Assembly (NCBI GenBank): GCA_964016885.1
Contig: OZ024741.1
Coordinates: 335,854,001 to 335,918,000, forward strand
Length of the DNA: 64,000 nt
Direction of reading: 5' to 3'
From: Eledone cirrhosa
Lineage: Eukaryota
A program made the translations under genes and the position numbers. Positions within the stretch are counted from its first letter, which is position 1. Every line of letters starts with the position of its first letter. The notes beneath the pieces were generated by a model that was not told the origin of the DNA, searched no databases, and saw nothing but the letters and a program-made list of their open reading frames with translations. Positions 1 to 14,450 of the stretch are shown here, piece by piece.

Positions 1-3000
1 CTTCATATGTCCACTATACCTTCATATGTCCACTCTACTTTCATCTGTCCACTGTAGATTCCTCTGTCCACTATACCTTCATATGTCCACTATATCTTCA
101 TATGTCCACTATACCTTCATCTGTCCACTATACCTTCCTCTGTCCACTATATCTTCATCTGTCCACTATATCTTCATCTGTCCACTATATCTTCATCTGT
201 CCACTATATCTTCATATGTCCACTATACCTTCATCTGTCCACTATACCTTCATCTGTCCACTATACCTTCATCTGTCCACTATATCTTCATCTGTCCACT
301 ATATCTTCATCTGTCCACTATATCTTCATATGTCCACTATACCTTCATCTGTCCACTATACCTTCATCTGTCCACTATACCTTCATCTGTCCACTATATC
401 TTCATCTGTCCACTATATCTTCATCTGTCCACTATATCTTCATATGTCCACTATACCTTCATCTGTCCACTATACCTTCCTCTGTCCACTATATCTTCAT
501 CTGTCCACTATATCTTCATCTGTCCACTATACTTTCACATGTCCACTATACCTTCATCTGTCCACTATACTTTCATATGTCCACTATATCTTCATCTGTC
601 CACTATATCTTCATCTGTCCACTATACTTTCATCTGTCCACTATACCTTCATCTGTCCACTATACCTTCATCTGTCCACTATACCTTCATCTGTCCACTA
701 TATCTTCATCTGTCCACTATATCTTCATCTGTCCACTATATCTTCATATGTCCACTATACCTTCATCTGTCCACTATACCATCATCTGTCCACTATACCT
801 TCATCTGTCCACTATACCTTCATATGTCCACTATACCTTCATATGTCCACTATACCTTCATCTGTCCACTATACCTTCATATGTCCACTATACCTTCCTC
901 TGTCCACTATATCTTCATCTGTCCACTATATCTTCATATGTCCACTATACCTTCATCTGTCCACTATATCTTAATCTGTCCACTATACTTTCATCTGTCC
1001 ACTATACCTTCATCTGTCCACTATACCTTCATCTGTCCACTATATCTTCATATGTCCACTATATCTTCATATGTCCACTATACCTTCATCTGTCCACTAT
1101 ATCTTCATATGTCCACTGTACCTTCATCTGTCCACTATACCTTCATCTATATTCACAATATATTCCTCTGTCCACTATACTTTCATCTGACCACTATATC
1201 TTCATATGTCCACTATACTTTCATCTGTCCACTATACTTTCATCTGTCCACTATACCTTCATCTGTCCACTATACCTTCATATGTCCACTCTACTTTCAT
1301 CTGTCCACTATATCTTCATATGTCCACTATACCTTCATATGTCCACTATACCTTCATTATGTCCACTATACCTTCATATGTCCACTATACCTTCATCTGT
1401 CCACTATATCTTCATATGTCCACTATACCTTCATCTGTCCACTGTACCTTCATATGTCCACTGTACCTTCATCTGTCCACTATACCTTCATCTGTCCACT
1501 GTAGATTCATCTGTCCACTATACCTTCATATGTCCACTATACCTTCATATGTCCACTCTACTTTCATCTGTCCACTGTAGATTCCTCTGTCCACTATACC
1601 TTCATATGTCCACTATATCTTCATATGTCCACTATACCTTCATCTGTCCACTATATCTTCATCTGTCCACTATATCTTCATCTGTCCACTATATCTTCAT
1701 ATGTCCACTATACCTTCATCTGTCCACTATACCTTCCTCTGTCCACTATACCTTCATCTGTCCACTATATCTTCATCTGACCACTGTACCTTCATCTGTC
1801 CACTATACCTTCATCTGTCCACTATACCTTCATCTGTCCACTATATCTTCATCTGTCCACTATATCTTCATCTGTCCACTATATCTTCATATGTCCACTA
1901 TACCTTCATCTGTCCACTATACCTTCCTCTGTCCACTATATCTTCATCTGTCCACTATATCTTCATCTGTCCACTATACTTTCACATGTCCACTATACCT
2001 TCATCTGTCCACTATACTTTCATATGTCCACTATATCTTCATCTGTCCACTATATCTTCATCTGTCCACTATACTTTCATCTGTCCACTATACCTTCATC
2101 TGTCCACTATACCTTCATCTGTCCACTATACCTTCATCTGTCCACTATATCTTCATCTGTCCACTATATCTTCATCTGTCCACTATATCTTCATATGTCC
2201 ACTATACCTTCATCTGTCCACTATACCATCATCTGTCCACTATACCTTCATCTGTCCACTATACCTTCATATGTCCACTATACCTTCATATGTCCACTAT
2301 ACCTTCATCTGTCCACTATACCTTCATATGTCCACTATACCTTCCTCTGTCCACTATATCTTCATCTGTCCACTATATCTTCATATGTCCACTATACCTT
2401 CATCTGTCCACTATATCTTAATCTGTCCACTATACTTTCATCTGTCCACTATACCTTCATCTGTCCACTATACCTTCATCTGTCCACTATATCTTCATCT
2501 GTCCACTATATCTTCATCTGTCCACTATACTTTCATCTGTCCACTATACCTTCATATGTCCACTATACCTTCATTATGTCCACTATACCTTCATATGTCC
2601 ACTATACCTTCATATGTCCACTATACCTTCATATGTCCACTATACCTTCATATGTCCACTATACCTTCATCTGTCCACTATACCTTCATATGTCCACTAT
2701 ATCTTCATATGTCCACTGTACCTTCATCTGTCCACTATACCTTCATCTGACCACTATACCTTCATATGTCCACTATAACTTCATCTGACCACTATACCTT
2801 CATATGTCCACTATACCTTCATCTGACCACTGTACCTTCATATGTCCACTATACCTTCATATGTCCACTGTACCTTCATCTGTCCACTATACCTTCATAT
2901 GTCAACTACACCTTCATCTGACCACTATACCTTCATCTGTCCACTATACCTTCATCGGTCCACTATACCTTCATATGTCCACTATACCTTCATCTGTCCA

Positions 3001-6000
3001 CTATATCTTCATCTGTCCACTATATCTTCATCTGTCCACTATATCTTCATATGTCCACTCTACTTTCATCTGTCCACTGTAGATTCCTCTGTCCACTATA
3101 CCTTCATATGTCCACTATATCTTCATCTGTCCACTATACTTTCATCTGTCCACTATACCTTCATCTGTCCACTATACCTTCATCTGTCCACTATACCTTC
3201 ATCTGTCCACTATATCTTCATCTGTCCACTATATCTTCATCTGTCCACTATATCTTCATATCTCCACTATACCTTCATCTGTCCACTATACCTTCATCTG
3301 TCCACTATACCTTCATCTATCCACTATACCTTCATATGTCCACTATACCTTCATATGTCCACTGTACCTTCATATGTCCACTATACCTTCATATGTCCAC
3401 TATACCTTCATCTGACCACTATACCTTCATATGTCCACTATACCTTCATCTGACCACTATACCTTCATATGTCCACTATACCTTCATCTGACCACTGTAC
3501 CTTCATCTGTCCACTATACCTTCATATGTCCACTATACCTTCATATGTCCACTATACCTTCATCTGACCACTATACCTTCATATGTCCACTATACCTTCA
3601 TATGTCGACTATACCTTCATTATGTCCACTATACCTTCATCTGTCCACTGTACCTTCATATGTCCACTATACCTTCATCTGACCACTATACCTTCATATG
3701 TCCACTATACCTTCATTATGTCCACTATACCTTCATCTGTCCACTATACCTTCATATGTCCACTATACCTTCATATGTCCACTATACCTTCATCTGACCA
3801 CTATACCTTCATATGTCCACTATACCTTCATATGTCCACTATACCTTCATTATGTCCACTATACCTTCATCTGTCCACTATACCTTCATATGTCCACTAT
3901 ACCTTCATCTGTCCACTGTACCTTCATATGTCCACTATACCTTCATCTGTCCACTATACCTTCATATGTCCACTATACCTTCATCTGTCCACTGTACCTT
4001 CATATGTCCACTATACCTTCATCTGTCCACTGTACCTTCATATGTCCACTATACCTTCATTATGTCCACTATACCTTCATCTGTCCACTATACCTTCATA
4101 TGTCCACTATACCTTCATCTGTCCACTGTACCTTCATTATGTCCACTATACCTTCATCTGACCACTATACCTTCATATGTCCACTATACCTTCATCTGTC
4201 CACTGTACCTTCATATGTCCACTATACCTTCATCTGACCACTATACCTTCATATGTCCACTATACCTTCATCTGTCCACTATACCTTCATATGTCCACTA
4301 TACCTTCATCTGACCACTATACCTTCATATGTCCACTATACCTTCATCTGTCCACTATACCTTCATATGTCCACTATACCTTCATATGTCCACTATACCT
4401 TCATCTGACCACTATACCTTCATTATGTCCACTATACCTTCATATGTCCACTATACCTTCATATGTCCACTATACCTTCATATGTCCACTATACCTTCAT
4501 CTGACCACTATACCTTCATATGTCCACTATACCTTCATCTGACCACTATACCTTCATATGTCCACTATACCTTCATATGTCCACTATACCTTCATCTGAC
4601 CACTATACCTTCATCTGACCACTATACCTTCATATGTCCACTATACCTTCATCTGACCACTGTACCTTCATCTGACCACTATACCTTCATATGTCCACTA
4701 TACCTTCATATGTCCACTATACCTTCATATGTCCACTATACCTTCATCTGACCACTATACCTTCATATGTCCACTATACCTTCATCTGACCACTATACCT
4801 TCATATGTCCACTATACCTTCATATGTCCACTATACCTTCATCTGACCACTATACCTTCATATGTCCACTATACCTTCATATGTCCACTATACCTTCATA
4901 TGTCCACTATACCTTCATCTGACCACTATACCTTCATATGTCCACTATACCTTCATCTGACCACTATACCTTCATATGTCCACTATACCTTCATATGTCC
5001 ACTATACCTTCATCTGACCACTATACCTTCATCTGACCACTATACCTTCATATGTCCACTATACCTTCATCTGACCACTATACCTTCATCTGACCACTAT
5101 ACCTTCATATGTCCACTATACCTTCATCTGACCACTATACCTTCATATGTCCACTATACCTTCATATGTCCACTATACCTTCATCTGACCACTATACCTT
5201 CATCTGACCACTATACCTTCATATGTCCACTATACCTTCATATGTCCACTATACCTTCATCTGACCACTATACCTTCATATGTCCACTATACCTTCATAT
5301 GTCCACTATACCTTCATATGTCCACTATACCTTCATCTGACCACTATACCTTCATATGTCCACTATACCTTCATCTGACCACTATACCTTCATATGTCCA
5401 CTATACCTTCATATGTCCACTATACCTTCATCTGACCACTATACCTTCATCTGACCACTATACCTTCATATGTCCACTATACCTTCATCTGACCACTATA
5501 CCTTCATCTGACCACTGTACCTTCATCTGTCCACTATACCTTCATCTGACCACTATACCTTCATATGTCCACTATACCTTCATCTGTCCACTATACCTTC
5601 ATATGTCCACTATACCTTCATCTGACCACTATACCTTCATATGTCCACTATACCTTCATCTGTCCACTATACCTTCATATGTCCACTGTACCTTCATCTG
5701 TCCACTATACCTTCATCTGACCACTGTACCTTCATCTGTCCACTATACCTTCATATGTCCACTATACCTTCATCTGTCCACTATACCTTCATATGTCCAC
5801 TATACCTTCATCTGTCCACTATACCTTCATATGTCCACTATACCTTCATCTGTCCACTATACCTTCATCTGTCCACTATACCTTCATCTGACCACTGTAC
5901 CTTCATCTGTCCACTATACCTTCATATGTCCACTATACCTTCATCTGTCCACTATACCTTCATATGTCCACTGTACCTTCATCTGTCCACTATACCTTCA

Positions 6001-9000
6001 TCTGACCACTGTACCTTCATCTGTCCACTATACCTTCATATGTCCACTATACCTTCATCTGTCCACTATACCTTCATATGTCCACTATACCTTCATCTGT
6101 CCACTATACCTTCATATGTCCACTGTACCTTCATCTGTCCACTATACCTTCATCTGACCACTGTACCTTCATATGTCCACTATACCTTCATATGTCCACT
6201 GTACCTTCATCTGTCCACTATACCTTCATATGTCCACTATACCTTCATCTGACCACTGTACCTTCATCTGTCCACTATACCTTCATATGTCCACTATACC
6301 TTCATCTGTCCACTATACCTTCATATGTCCACTATACCTTCATCTGTCCACTATACCTTCATATGTCCACTGTACCTTCATCTGTCCACTATACCTTCAT
6401 CTGACCACTGTACCTTCATATGTCCACTATACCTTCATATGTCCACTGTACCTTCATCTGTCCACTATACCTTCATATGTCCACTATACCTTCATCTGAC
6501 CACTGTACCTTCATCTGTCCACTATACCTTCATATGTCCACTATACCTTCATCTGACCACTATACCTTCATATGTCCACTATACCTTCATATGTCCACTA
6601 TACCTTCATCTGACCACTGTACCTTCATCTGTCCACTATACCTTCATATGTCCACTATATCTTCATATGTCCACTATACCTTCATATGTCCACCATACCT
6701 TCATATGTCCACTATACCTTCATTATGTCCACCATACCTTCATATGTCCACTATACCTTCATCTGACCACTGTATCTTCATCTGTCCACTATATCTTCAT
6801 ATGTCCACTATACCTTCATCTGTCCACTATACCTTCATATGTCCACTGTACCTTCATCTGTCCACTATACCTTCATCTGACCACTATACCTTCATCTGTC
6901 CACTATACCTTCATCTGACCACTATACCTTCATCTGTCCACTATACCTTCATCTGTCCACTATACCTTCATCTGACCACTATACCTTCATCTGTCCACTA
7001 TACCTTCATCTGACCACTATACCTTCATATGTCCACTATACCTTCATCTGACCACTGTACCTTCATCTGTCCACTATACCTTCATATGTCCACTATACCT
7101 TCATCTGACCACTATACCTTCATATGTCCACTATACCTTCATATGTCCACTATACCTTCATCTGACCACTGTACCTTCATCTGTCCACTATACCTTCATA
7201 TGTCCACTATACCTTCATCTGTCCACTATACCTTCATATGTCCACTGTACCTTCATCTGTCCACTATACCTTCATCTGACCACTATACCTTCATCTGTCC
7301 ACTATACCTTCATCTGACCACTATACCTTCATCTGTCCACTATACCTTCATCTGTCCACTATACCTTCATATGTCCACTATACCTTCATCTGTCCACTAT
7401 ACCTTCATCTGTCCACTATACCTTCATCTGACCACTGTACCTTCATCTGTCCACTATACCTTCATATGTCCACTATACCTTCATCTGTCCACTATACCTT
7501 CATATGTCCACTGTACCTTCATCTGTCCACTATACCTTCATCTGACCACTGTACCTTCATCTGTCCACTATACCTTCATATGTCCACTATACCTTCATCT
7601 GTCCACTATACCTTCATATGTCCACTATACCTTCATCTGTCCACTATACCTTCATATGTCCACTGTACCTTCATCTGTCCACTATACCTTCATCTGACCA
7701 CTGTACCTTCATATGTCCACTATACCTTCATATGTCCACTGTACCTTCATATGTCCACTATACCTTCATATGTCCACTGTACCTTCATATGTCCACTATA
7801 CCTTCATCTGTCCACTATACCTTCATCTGACCACTGTACCTTCATATGTCCACTATACCTTCATCTGACCACTATACCTTCATCTGACCACTATACCTTC
7901 ATCTGACCACTATACCTTCATATGTCCACTATACCTTCATCTGTCCACTATACCTTCATCTGACCACTGTACCTTCATATGTCCACTATACCTTCATCTG
8001 TCCACTATACCTTCATATGTCCACTGTACCTTCATATGTCCACTATACCTTCATCTGTCCACTATACCTTCATCTGACCACTGTACCTTCATATGTCCAC
8101 TATACCTTCATCTGTCCACTATACCTTCATCTGACCACTGTACCTTCATCTGTCCACTATACCTTCATATGTCCACTATACCTTCATCTGACCACTATAC
8201 CTTCATATGTCCACTATACCTTCATCTGTCCACTATACCTTCATCTGTCCACTATACCTTCATCTGACCACTGTACCTTCATCTGTCCACTATACCTTCA
8301 TATGTCCACTGTACCTTCATCTGACCACTGTACCTTCATATGTCCACTATACCTTCATATGTCCACTGTACCTTCATATGTCCACTATACCTTCATCTGT
8401 CCACTATACCTTCATCTGACCACTGTACCTTCATATGTCCACTATACCTTCATCTGTCCACTATACCTTCATCTGACCACTGTACCTTCATATGTCCACT
8501 ATACCTTCATCTGTCCACTATACCTTCATCTGACCACTGTACCTTCATATGTCCACTATACCTTCATCTGTCCACTATACCTTCATCTGACCACTGTACC
8601 TTCATATGTCCACTATACCTTCATATGTCCACTGTACCTTCATATGTCCACTATACCTTCATCTGTCCACTGTACCTTCATCTGTCCACTATACCTTCAT
8701 CTGACCACTGTACCTTCATCTGTCCACTATACCTTCATCTGACCACTGTACCTTCATATGTCCACTATACCTTCATCTGTCCACTATACCTTCATCTGAC
8801 CACTGTACCTTCATATGTCCACTATACCTTCATCTGTCCACTATACCTTCATCTGACCACTGTACCTTCATATGTCCACTATACCTTCATATGTCCACTG
8901 TACCTTCATATGTCCACTATACCTTCATCTGACCACTGTACCTTCATCTGTCCACTATACCTTCATCTGACCACTGTACCTTCATATGTCCACTATACCT

Positions 9001-9490
9001 TCATATGTCCACTGTACCTTCATATGTCCACTATACCTTCATCTGACCACTATACCTTCATCTGTCCACTATACCTTCATATGTCCACTGTACCTTCATA
9101 TGTCCACTATACCTTCATCTGTCCACTGTACCTTCATCTGTCCACTATACCTTCATCTGACCACTGTACCTTCATATGTCCACTATACCTTCATATGTCC
9201 ACTATACCTTCATATGTCCACTATACCTTCATCTGTCCACTGTACCTTCATATGTCCACTATACCTTCATATGTCCACTGTACCTTCATATGTCCACTAT
9301 ACCTTCATATGTCCACTGTATCTTCATATGTCCACTATACCTTCATATGTCCACTATACCTTCATCTGACCACTATACCTTCATATGTCCACTATACCTT
9401 CATATGTCCACTATACCTTCATATGTCCACTGTACCTTCATATGTCCACTATACCTTCATATGTCCACTGTAGATTCCTCTGTCCACTGT
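1..9490. repeat. 19-bp tandem satellite, consensus CCACTATACCTTCAT(C/A)TG(T/A), roughly 500 copies, runs off the left edge
   Basis: Continuous 19-bp periodicity with a few recurrent variants; ends abruptly at ...ccactgtagattcctctgtccactgt|aatt. Confidence 0.99.
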
Positions 9491-9629
9491 AATTACCATT
9501 ACATATTTGGTTCATTTATTATCTCCCATTCTATTAACGAATTAATCACTATGATTATTTTAATTACTACATTAATGTGTGAAACTTTGTCATCCAAATC
9601 TAGAATTAATCTAGGTATATATATAGAAC

Positions 9630-9832
9630 AGCATCATCCTTATCATTATCATCAGCACCCTCACTACCACTACCACCACTATCGCTATCATCATCACCAC
9701 CACAACTATCATCATCCTCATCATCATCATCACCATCATCCCCAGCACCATCATCATTGCCATCATCACCACCAACACCATCACCATCATCACCACCACC
9801 ATCACCACCATCACTACTATCATTATTATCAT
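9630..9832. repeat. degenerate (CAC/CAT)n microsatellite
   Basis: Direct reading. Confidence 0.9.
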
Positions 9833-10023
9833 TGGATTGGCAGTATCGGTAGAGGGTCGGACGCCATGCTTTGATGCATAGAGTTACGGCCCTTTATGGT
9901 CTGAGTTCAAAATCCCGCACAGGTTAACTTTGCCTTTCATCCTTACAGGGTCGATAAAATAAAGTACCAGTAATGCACTGGGGTAATTGCTGGCCTTGTG
10001 CCAAAAGTAGAAACAATTATTAT
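9833..10023 (+). mobile_element. tRNA-derived SINE family A (~190 bp)
   Basis: A-box-like TGGCAGTATCGG, B-box GAGTTCAAA.TCC, core GCCTTTCATCCTTAC.GGGTCGATAAAATAAAGTACCAG, tail AAACAATTATT; many similar copies in the window. Confidence 0.9.
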
Positions 10024-11502
10024 CATCGCCACCATCACTGTCACCACAGTCATCCCCACCACCGCCATCATCACCGTCACCACCACCACCATCATCACCA
10101 TCACCACCACCATCACCACCATCATCATCACCATCACCACCACCACCATCATCATCATCACCATCACCACCACCATCACCACCACCGTCACCATCACCAC
10201 CACCATCATCATCACCATACCACCACCACCACCATCATCACCACCACCACCACCACCATCATCACCACCACCACCATCACCATCATCATCACCACCACCA
10301 CCACCATCATCACCACCACCACCACCACCACCATCATCACCATCACCACCACCATCACCACCATCATCATCACCATCACCACCACCACCATCATCATCAT
10401 CACCATCACCACCACCATCACCACCATCATCACCACCATCACCACCACCACCATCATCATCATCACCATCACCACCACCATCACCACCATCATCATCACC
10501 GTCACCATCACCACCACCATCATCACCATACCACCACCACCACCACCATCATCACCATCACCACCATCACCATCATCATCACCATCACCACCACCACCAT
10601 CATCATCACCATCACCACCACCACCATCATCATCATCATCACCACCACCACCACCATCATCATCACCATCACCACCACCACCACCATCATCATCACCATC
10701 ACCACCACCACCATCATCATCACCATCACCACCACCACCACCATCATCATCACCATCACCACCACCACCACCATCATCATCACCATCACCACCACCACCA
10801 TCATCATCACCATCACCACCACCACCACCATCATCATCACCATCACCACCACCACCACCATCATCATCACCATCACCACCACCTCCACCATCATCACCAT
10901 CACCACCACCACCACCATCATCATCACCATCACCACCACCACCACCATCATCACCACCACCACCTCCACCATCATCACCACCACCACCACCACCACCACC
11001 ATCATCATCACCGTCACCACCACCACCATCATTGTCATCATCACCACCACCATCATCATCACCATCACCACCACTACCACCATCATCGGTACCGTCACCA
11101 CCACCACCACCACCACCACCACCATCATCACCGTCACCACCACCATCATCACCATCACCACCACCACCATCATCACCATCACCACCACCACCACCATCAC
11201 CACCACCACCACCACCATCATTGTCATCATCAGCACCACCACCACCATCATCATCACCATCACCACCACCACCACCATCATCATCACCGCCACCACCACC
11301 ACCACCATCATCATCACCATCACCACCACCACCATCATCATTATCACCACCACCACCACCATCATCATCACCGTCACCACCACCACCACCACCATCACCG
11401 TCACCACCACCACCACCACCACCATCACCTTCACCACCACCATCATCATCACCATCACTACCACCACCACCATCATCATCACCATCATTGTCATCATCAT
11501 CA
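10024..11502. repeat. ~1.5 kb compound (CAC)n(CAT)n microsatellite
   Basis: Direct reading; source of the poly-H/poly-P/poly-T ORFs. Confidence 0.97.
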
Positions 11503-11977
11503 TTTAACATCTGTTTTCCCTGTTGATAAGGGTTGGATGGGTCAACACAGACTAAGTTAATATTTAACAGATATTGACCTCACAGATGACTCAGGGACCT
11601 ACCGCACACTGATATTTATTGACTCTAGAATGTACTGGGTGTGTTTTATCGACACTAGAAAGGTTAGCATGTTATTGACATAACTGGTGAGTCCTCTCCG
11701 AACTTTGTTAGGCAAGTTTTATACAGCTGGATGGCCTTCCTACTACCAATTAATTTATACTAGGTGCATTTTGATGTGGCATCCTCCTAAATTCTATACT
11801 ATAGTGTGTGTGTGTGTGTGTGTGGGTGTGGGTGTGTGGGTGTGTGTGTGTGTATCGATTATTTGCATTAGATAATAGTTTATACATTAACATTAATGCT
11901 TTTGATACCAACTTATTGAACAGTTTCTATAATGAAATTTTATTCTATCTTGGTATTCTATATATTATACATAAAAG

Positions 11978-12115
11978 CAGAGAATTGGCAGAGTCAATAG
12001 AATGTTGGATAGAGTGCTTTGTGGTATTCATTCGGGCTTTCTGGTCTCTCAGTTCAAGTCTCACCGAGGTTAACTTTGCTTTTCATTCATTCAAGGTTGA
12101 TAAAAATAAGTACCA
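11978..12115 (+). mobile_element. diverged SINE family A copy
   Basis: gaattggcagagtc...agttcaagtc...gaggttaactttgcttttcattc...gataaaaataagtacca. Confidence 0.75.
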
Positions 12116-12420
12116 ATCTGTCTCTCTCTCTATCCTCCTCTGGAAGAAATCTGCTGTATCCAGACCAGGAGAGGAGATGGGCTCCACCATGTTTTAAAAT
12201 GTAGAAATGATGTATATCACCTTTACAACTCCCTTGGGAGCTACGGGACCATGCATGAATATATACATAAAGGCAGGGAATTGGCAGTTATCAGGCGATC
12301 AGATTCAAAATAGCTTTGAATTTGTTCCAGACCATTGTATCCTGTCATTCTTTTGAGGTCAAATACTGTGCTTGGTGGCCATTCCTACCTCTTCTTACTC
12401 TTTCTCTTTTATTTTTCATT

Positions 12421-12462
12421 ATGTCTTCTGATGAAGGAATAGAGTCTGAAACATTAAGATAC
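12421..12462 (+). ncRNA. minimal hammerhead ribozyme motif in a PLE pseudo-LTR remnant
   Basis: TGTCTT-CTGATGA-AGGAatagagTCT-GAAACATT-AAGATA: both conserved boxes, short stem II, stem I pairing TGTCT/AGATA. Confidence 0.55.
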
Positions 12463-12724
12463 TTTTCCTATTATATCAAGCATTAAATTAATATATTTTT
12501 TTTATCGTACTGTGTTGTTTGCTTTGTTGTTTCTGTTTCCTATTTTTGTACACATATATATATATACATAATCTCTTATCTCTCTGATTGTACACTTTGT
12601 TAGTACATAATACTTGCAGTGATTTGTTTCAACCACATAAATAGCTTTCATTTTCTTAGTCTTCTTAGCGTCTGATATGTTGAAAACAACACATACAACA
12701 ACTGTTTGGAACTGTTCTCTATTA

Positions 12725-12771
12725 CTTCTTTCTTCTTCTTCTTCTTCTTCTTCTTCTTCTTCTTCTTCTTC

Positions 12772-12828
<57 letters not shown>

Positions 12829-12898
12829 TTCTTCTTCTTCTTCTTCTTCTTCTTCTTCTTCTTCTTCTTCTTCTTCTTCTTCTTCTTCTTCTTCTTCT
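12725..12898. repeat. compound (TTC)n(ATC)n(TTC)n microsatellite
   Basis: Direct reading. Confidence 0.97.
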
Positions 12899-12934
12899 AT
12901 CATTGTCACTTTGAAACATTCATGTACATAAACA

Positions 12935-13312
12935 CCATCATCATCATCATCACTTCTTAATGTCCATTTTCCATGCTAGATGGGTTGTCACGTTCTGAGA
13001 CAATTCAGCAACTACCCCAGATATTTCGGCTGATTTGCTTGTCTTCATATCCTTAATTGCCTTACACAGCTGGTCCCTCTGTTGGGTCAACTTGGGGCAT
13101 ACTATTCTTTTCCCATGCATTCTCCTCATTCAGCAGTCTCTCATAATGGCACTTCCATGATACTATCTTTTCATCGTTGGTGAGGGCAAGTGTACCATTG
13201 TCATCTTGGACACAATTCTTTCCAACAACATCACAATTTTCTCTGACACCTTGCCACGCAATCCTGAACATCTCATGTCTTTTTTCCTCTTATCGCAAAA
13301 CATGTAGATTTT
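12935..13312 (-). mobile_element. RTE LINE fragment (region N-terminal to the RT) abutting an RTE 3' tail
   Basis: ORF 13062..13271 (FRIAWQGVRENCDVVG...WKCHYERLLNEENAWEK) aligns by eye with the RTE ORF at ~48170-48370; (CAT)n-ttaatgtccattttccatgctag tail at 12935-12990. Confidence 0.85.
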
Positions 13313-13383
13313 TTATTTTCATACAAAAATGCATTCAAACACACACACAGCCTACACCTGCCCTGTAGGTATTATTTTACTTA

Positions 13384-13490
13384 GGGCGATGGATTGGCAG
13401 TATCGGTAGAGGGTCGGATGCCATGCTTTGCAGCAAAGAGTTACGGCTCTTTATGATCTGAGTTCAAATCCTGCCGAGGTTAACTTTGTC
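13384..13490 (+). mobile_element. 3'-truncated SINE family A
   Basis: Head, B box and start of the core as in the 9833 copy. Confidence 0.85.
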
Positions 13491-13492
13491 TT

Positions 13493-14128
13493 ACCACCAA
13501 CACCACAATCAACACTACCACCAACACCACAACATCACCACCAATAATACAATCTATACTATGACCAACACCACCACCAACACAACAACCTATACTACCA
13601 CCAACACCACAACACCACCACCAATAACACAATCTATACTATGACCAACACCACAACACCACCACCACCTATACTACCACTAACACCACCATCAATAAGA
13701 CAATCTATACTATGACCAACACCACAATCAACACCATCAACATATACTACCACCAACGCCACAACACCACAACCTATAACACCACCAACACCACAACCAA
13801 TGCCTCTACTACAACCATCACAACAACTACAATCACCATGCTAATCACCACTACAACAACTGTTACCATTCAACACTCTACCATTACCACCACCATACCA
13901 ATCATCAGCACAGCCACCGCACCATCCAATACCACCACCACTGCAACAACTACCTCTACCATCACTACAACCACTACTACTATCACCAGTATACCATCAC
14001 CAATCACCACGATTACACAAACCACCACCACCACAACACCAATCATCAAACTACTATCATCACCACCACTACTGCCACCACTACTACCACCACTACAACC
14101 ACCACAAGAACTATACCACCACCCTCAC
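13493..14128. repeat. degenerate ACC/ACA-rich repeat with recurring aatctatactatgaccaacaccac
   Basis: Direct reading; gives the Thr-rich ORF 13712..14170. Confidence 0.85.
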
Positions 14129-14184
14129 CTTGTTAGTTCTAAAACAGTTTTATCATTGACTGATCAGTAAGTGATCAGAGTTAG

Positions 14185-14284
14185 GAAGGAGAAAGAGAGA
14201 GACTAGAGAGAGAGAGAGAGAGAGACTAAAGAAAGAGAAAGAGAAGATCTAGAGAGAGAGAGAAAGAGAGAGAGAGACAAGATC

Positions 14285-14318
<34 letters not shown>

Positions 14319-14450
14319 ATATCTAGAGAGAGAGAGAGAGAGAGTGAGTGAGTAAAGAGAGACAGAGAGAGAGCAAGACTAAAGAGAGGGAGAGAGAGAG
14401 AGACAAGATCTAGAGAGAGAAGAGAGAGAGAGAGAGATAGATAAGAGACC
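14185..14450. repeat. (GA)n-rich repeat
   Basis: Direct reading; recurring gatctagagagag subunit. Confidence 0.9.

Noticed and set aside
26-9473. Long overlapping ORFs (STIPSSVHYTFICPLYLH repeats)
   Set aside because: A 19-bp unit without a + strand stop gives the same 19-aa repeat in all three frames; no evidence of coding.
1-9490. CRISPR-like array
   Set aside because: Contiguous monomers with no unique spacers, no cas genes, eukaryotic context.
9833-9925. tRNA genes at SINE heads
   Set aside because: A/B boxes are present but there is no full cloverleaf, and each continues into a SINE body.
9973-11560. Extensin-like, poly-His and Gly/Asp-rich ORFs
   Set aside because: Translations of a (CAC/CAT)n microsatellite open in several frames on both strands, flanked by retroelement ends.
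13712-14170. Mucin-like Thr-rich ORF
   Set aside because: Degenerate ACC repeat with no signal peptide or splice support.
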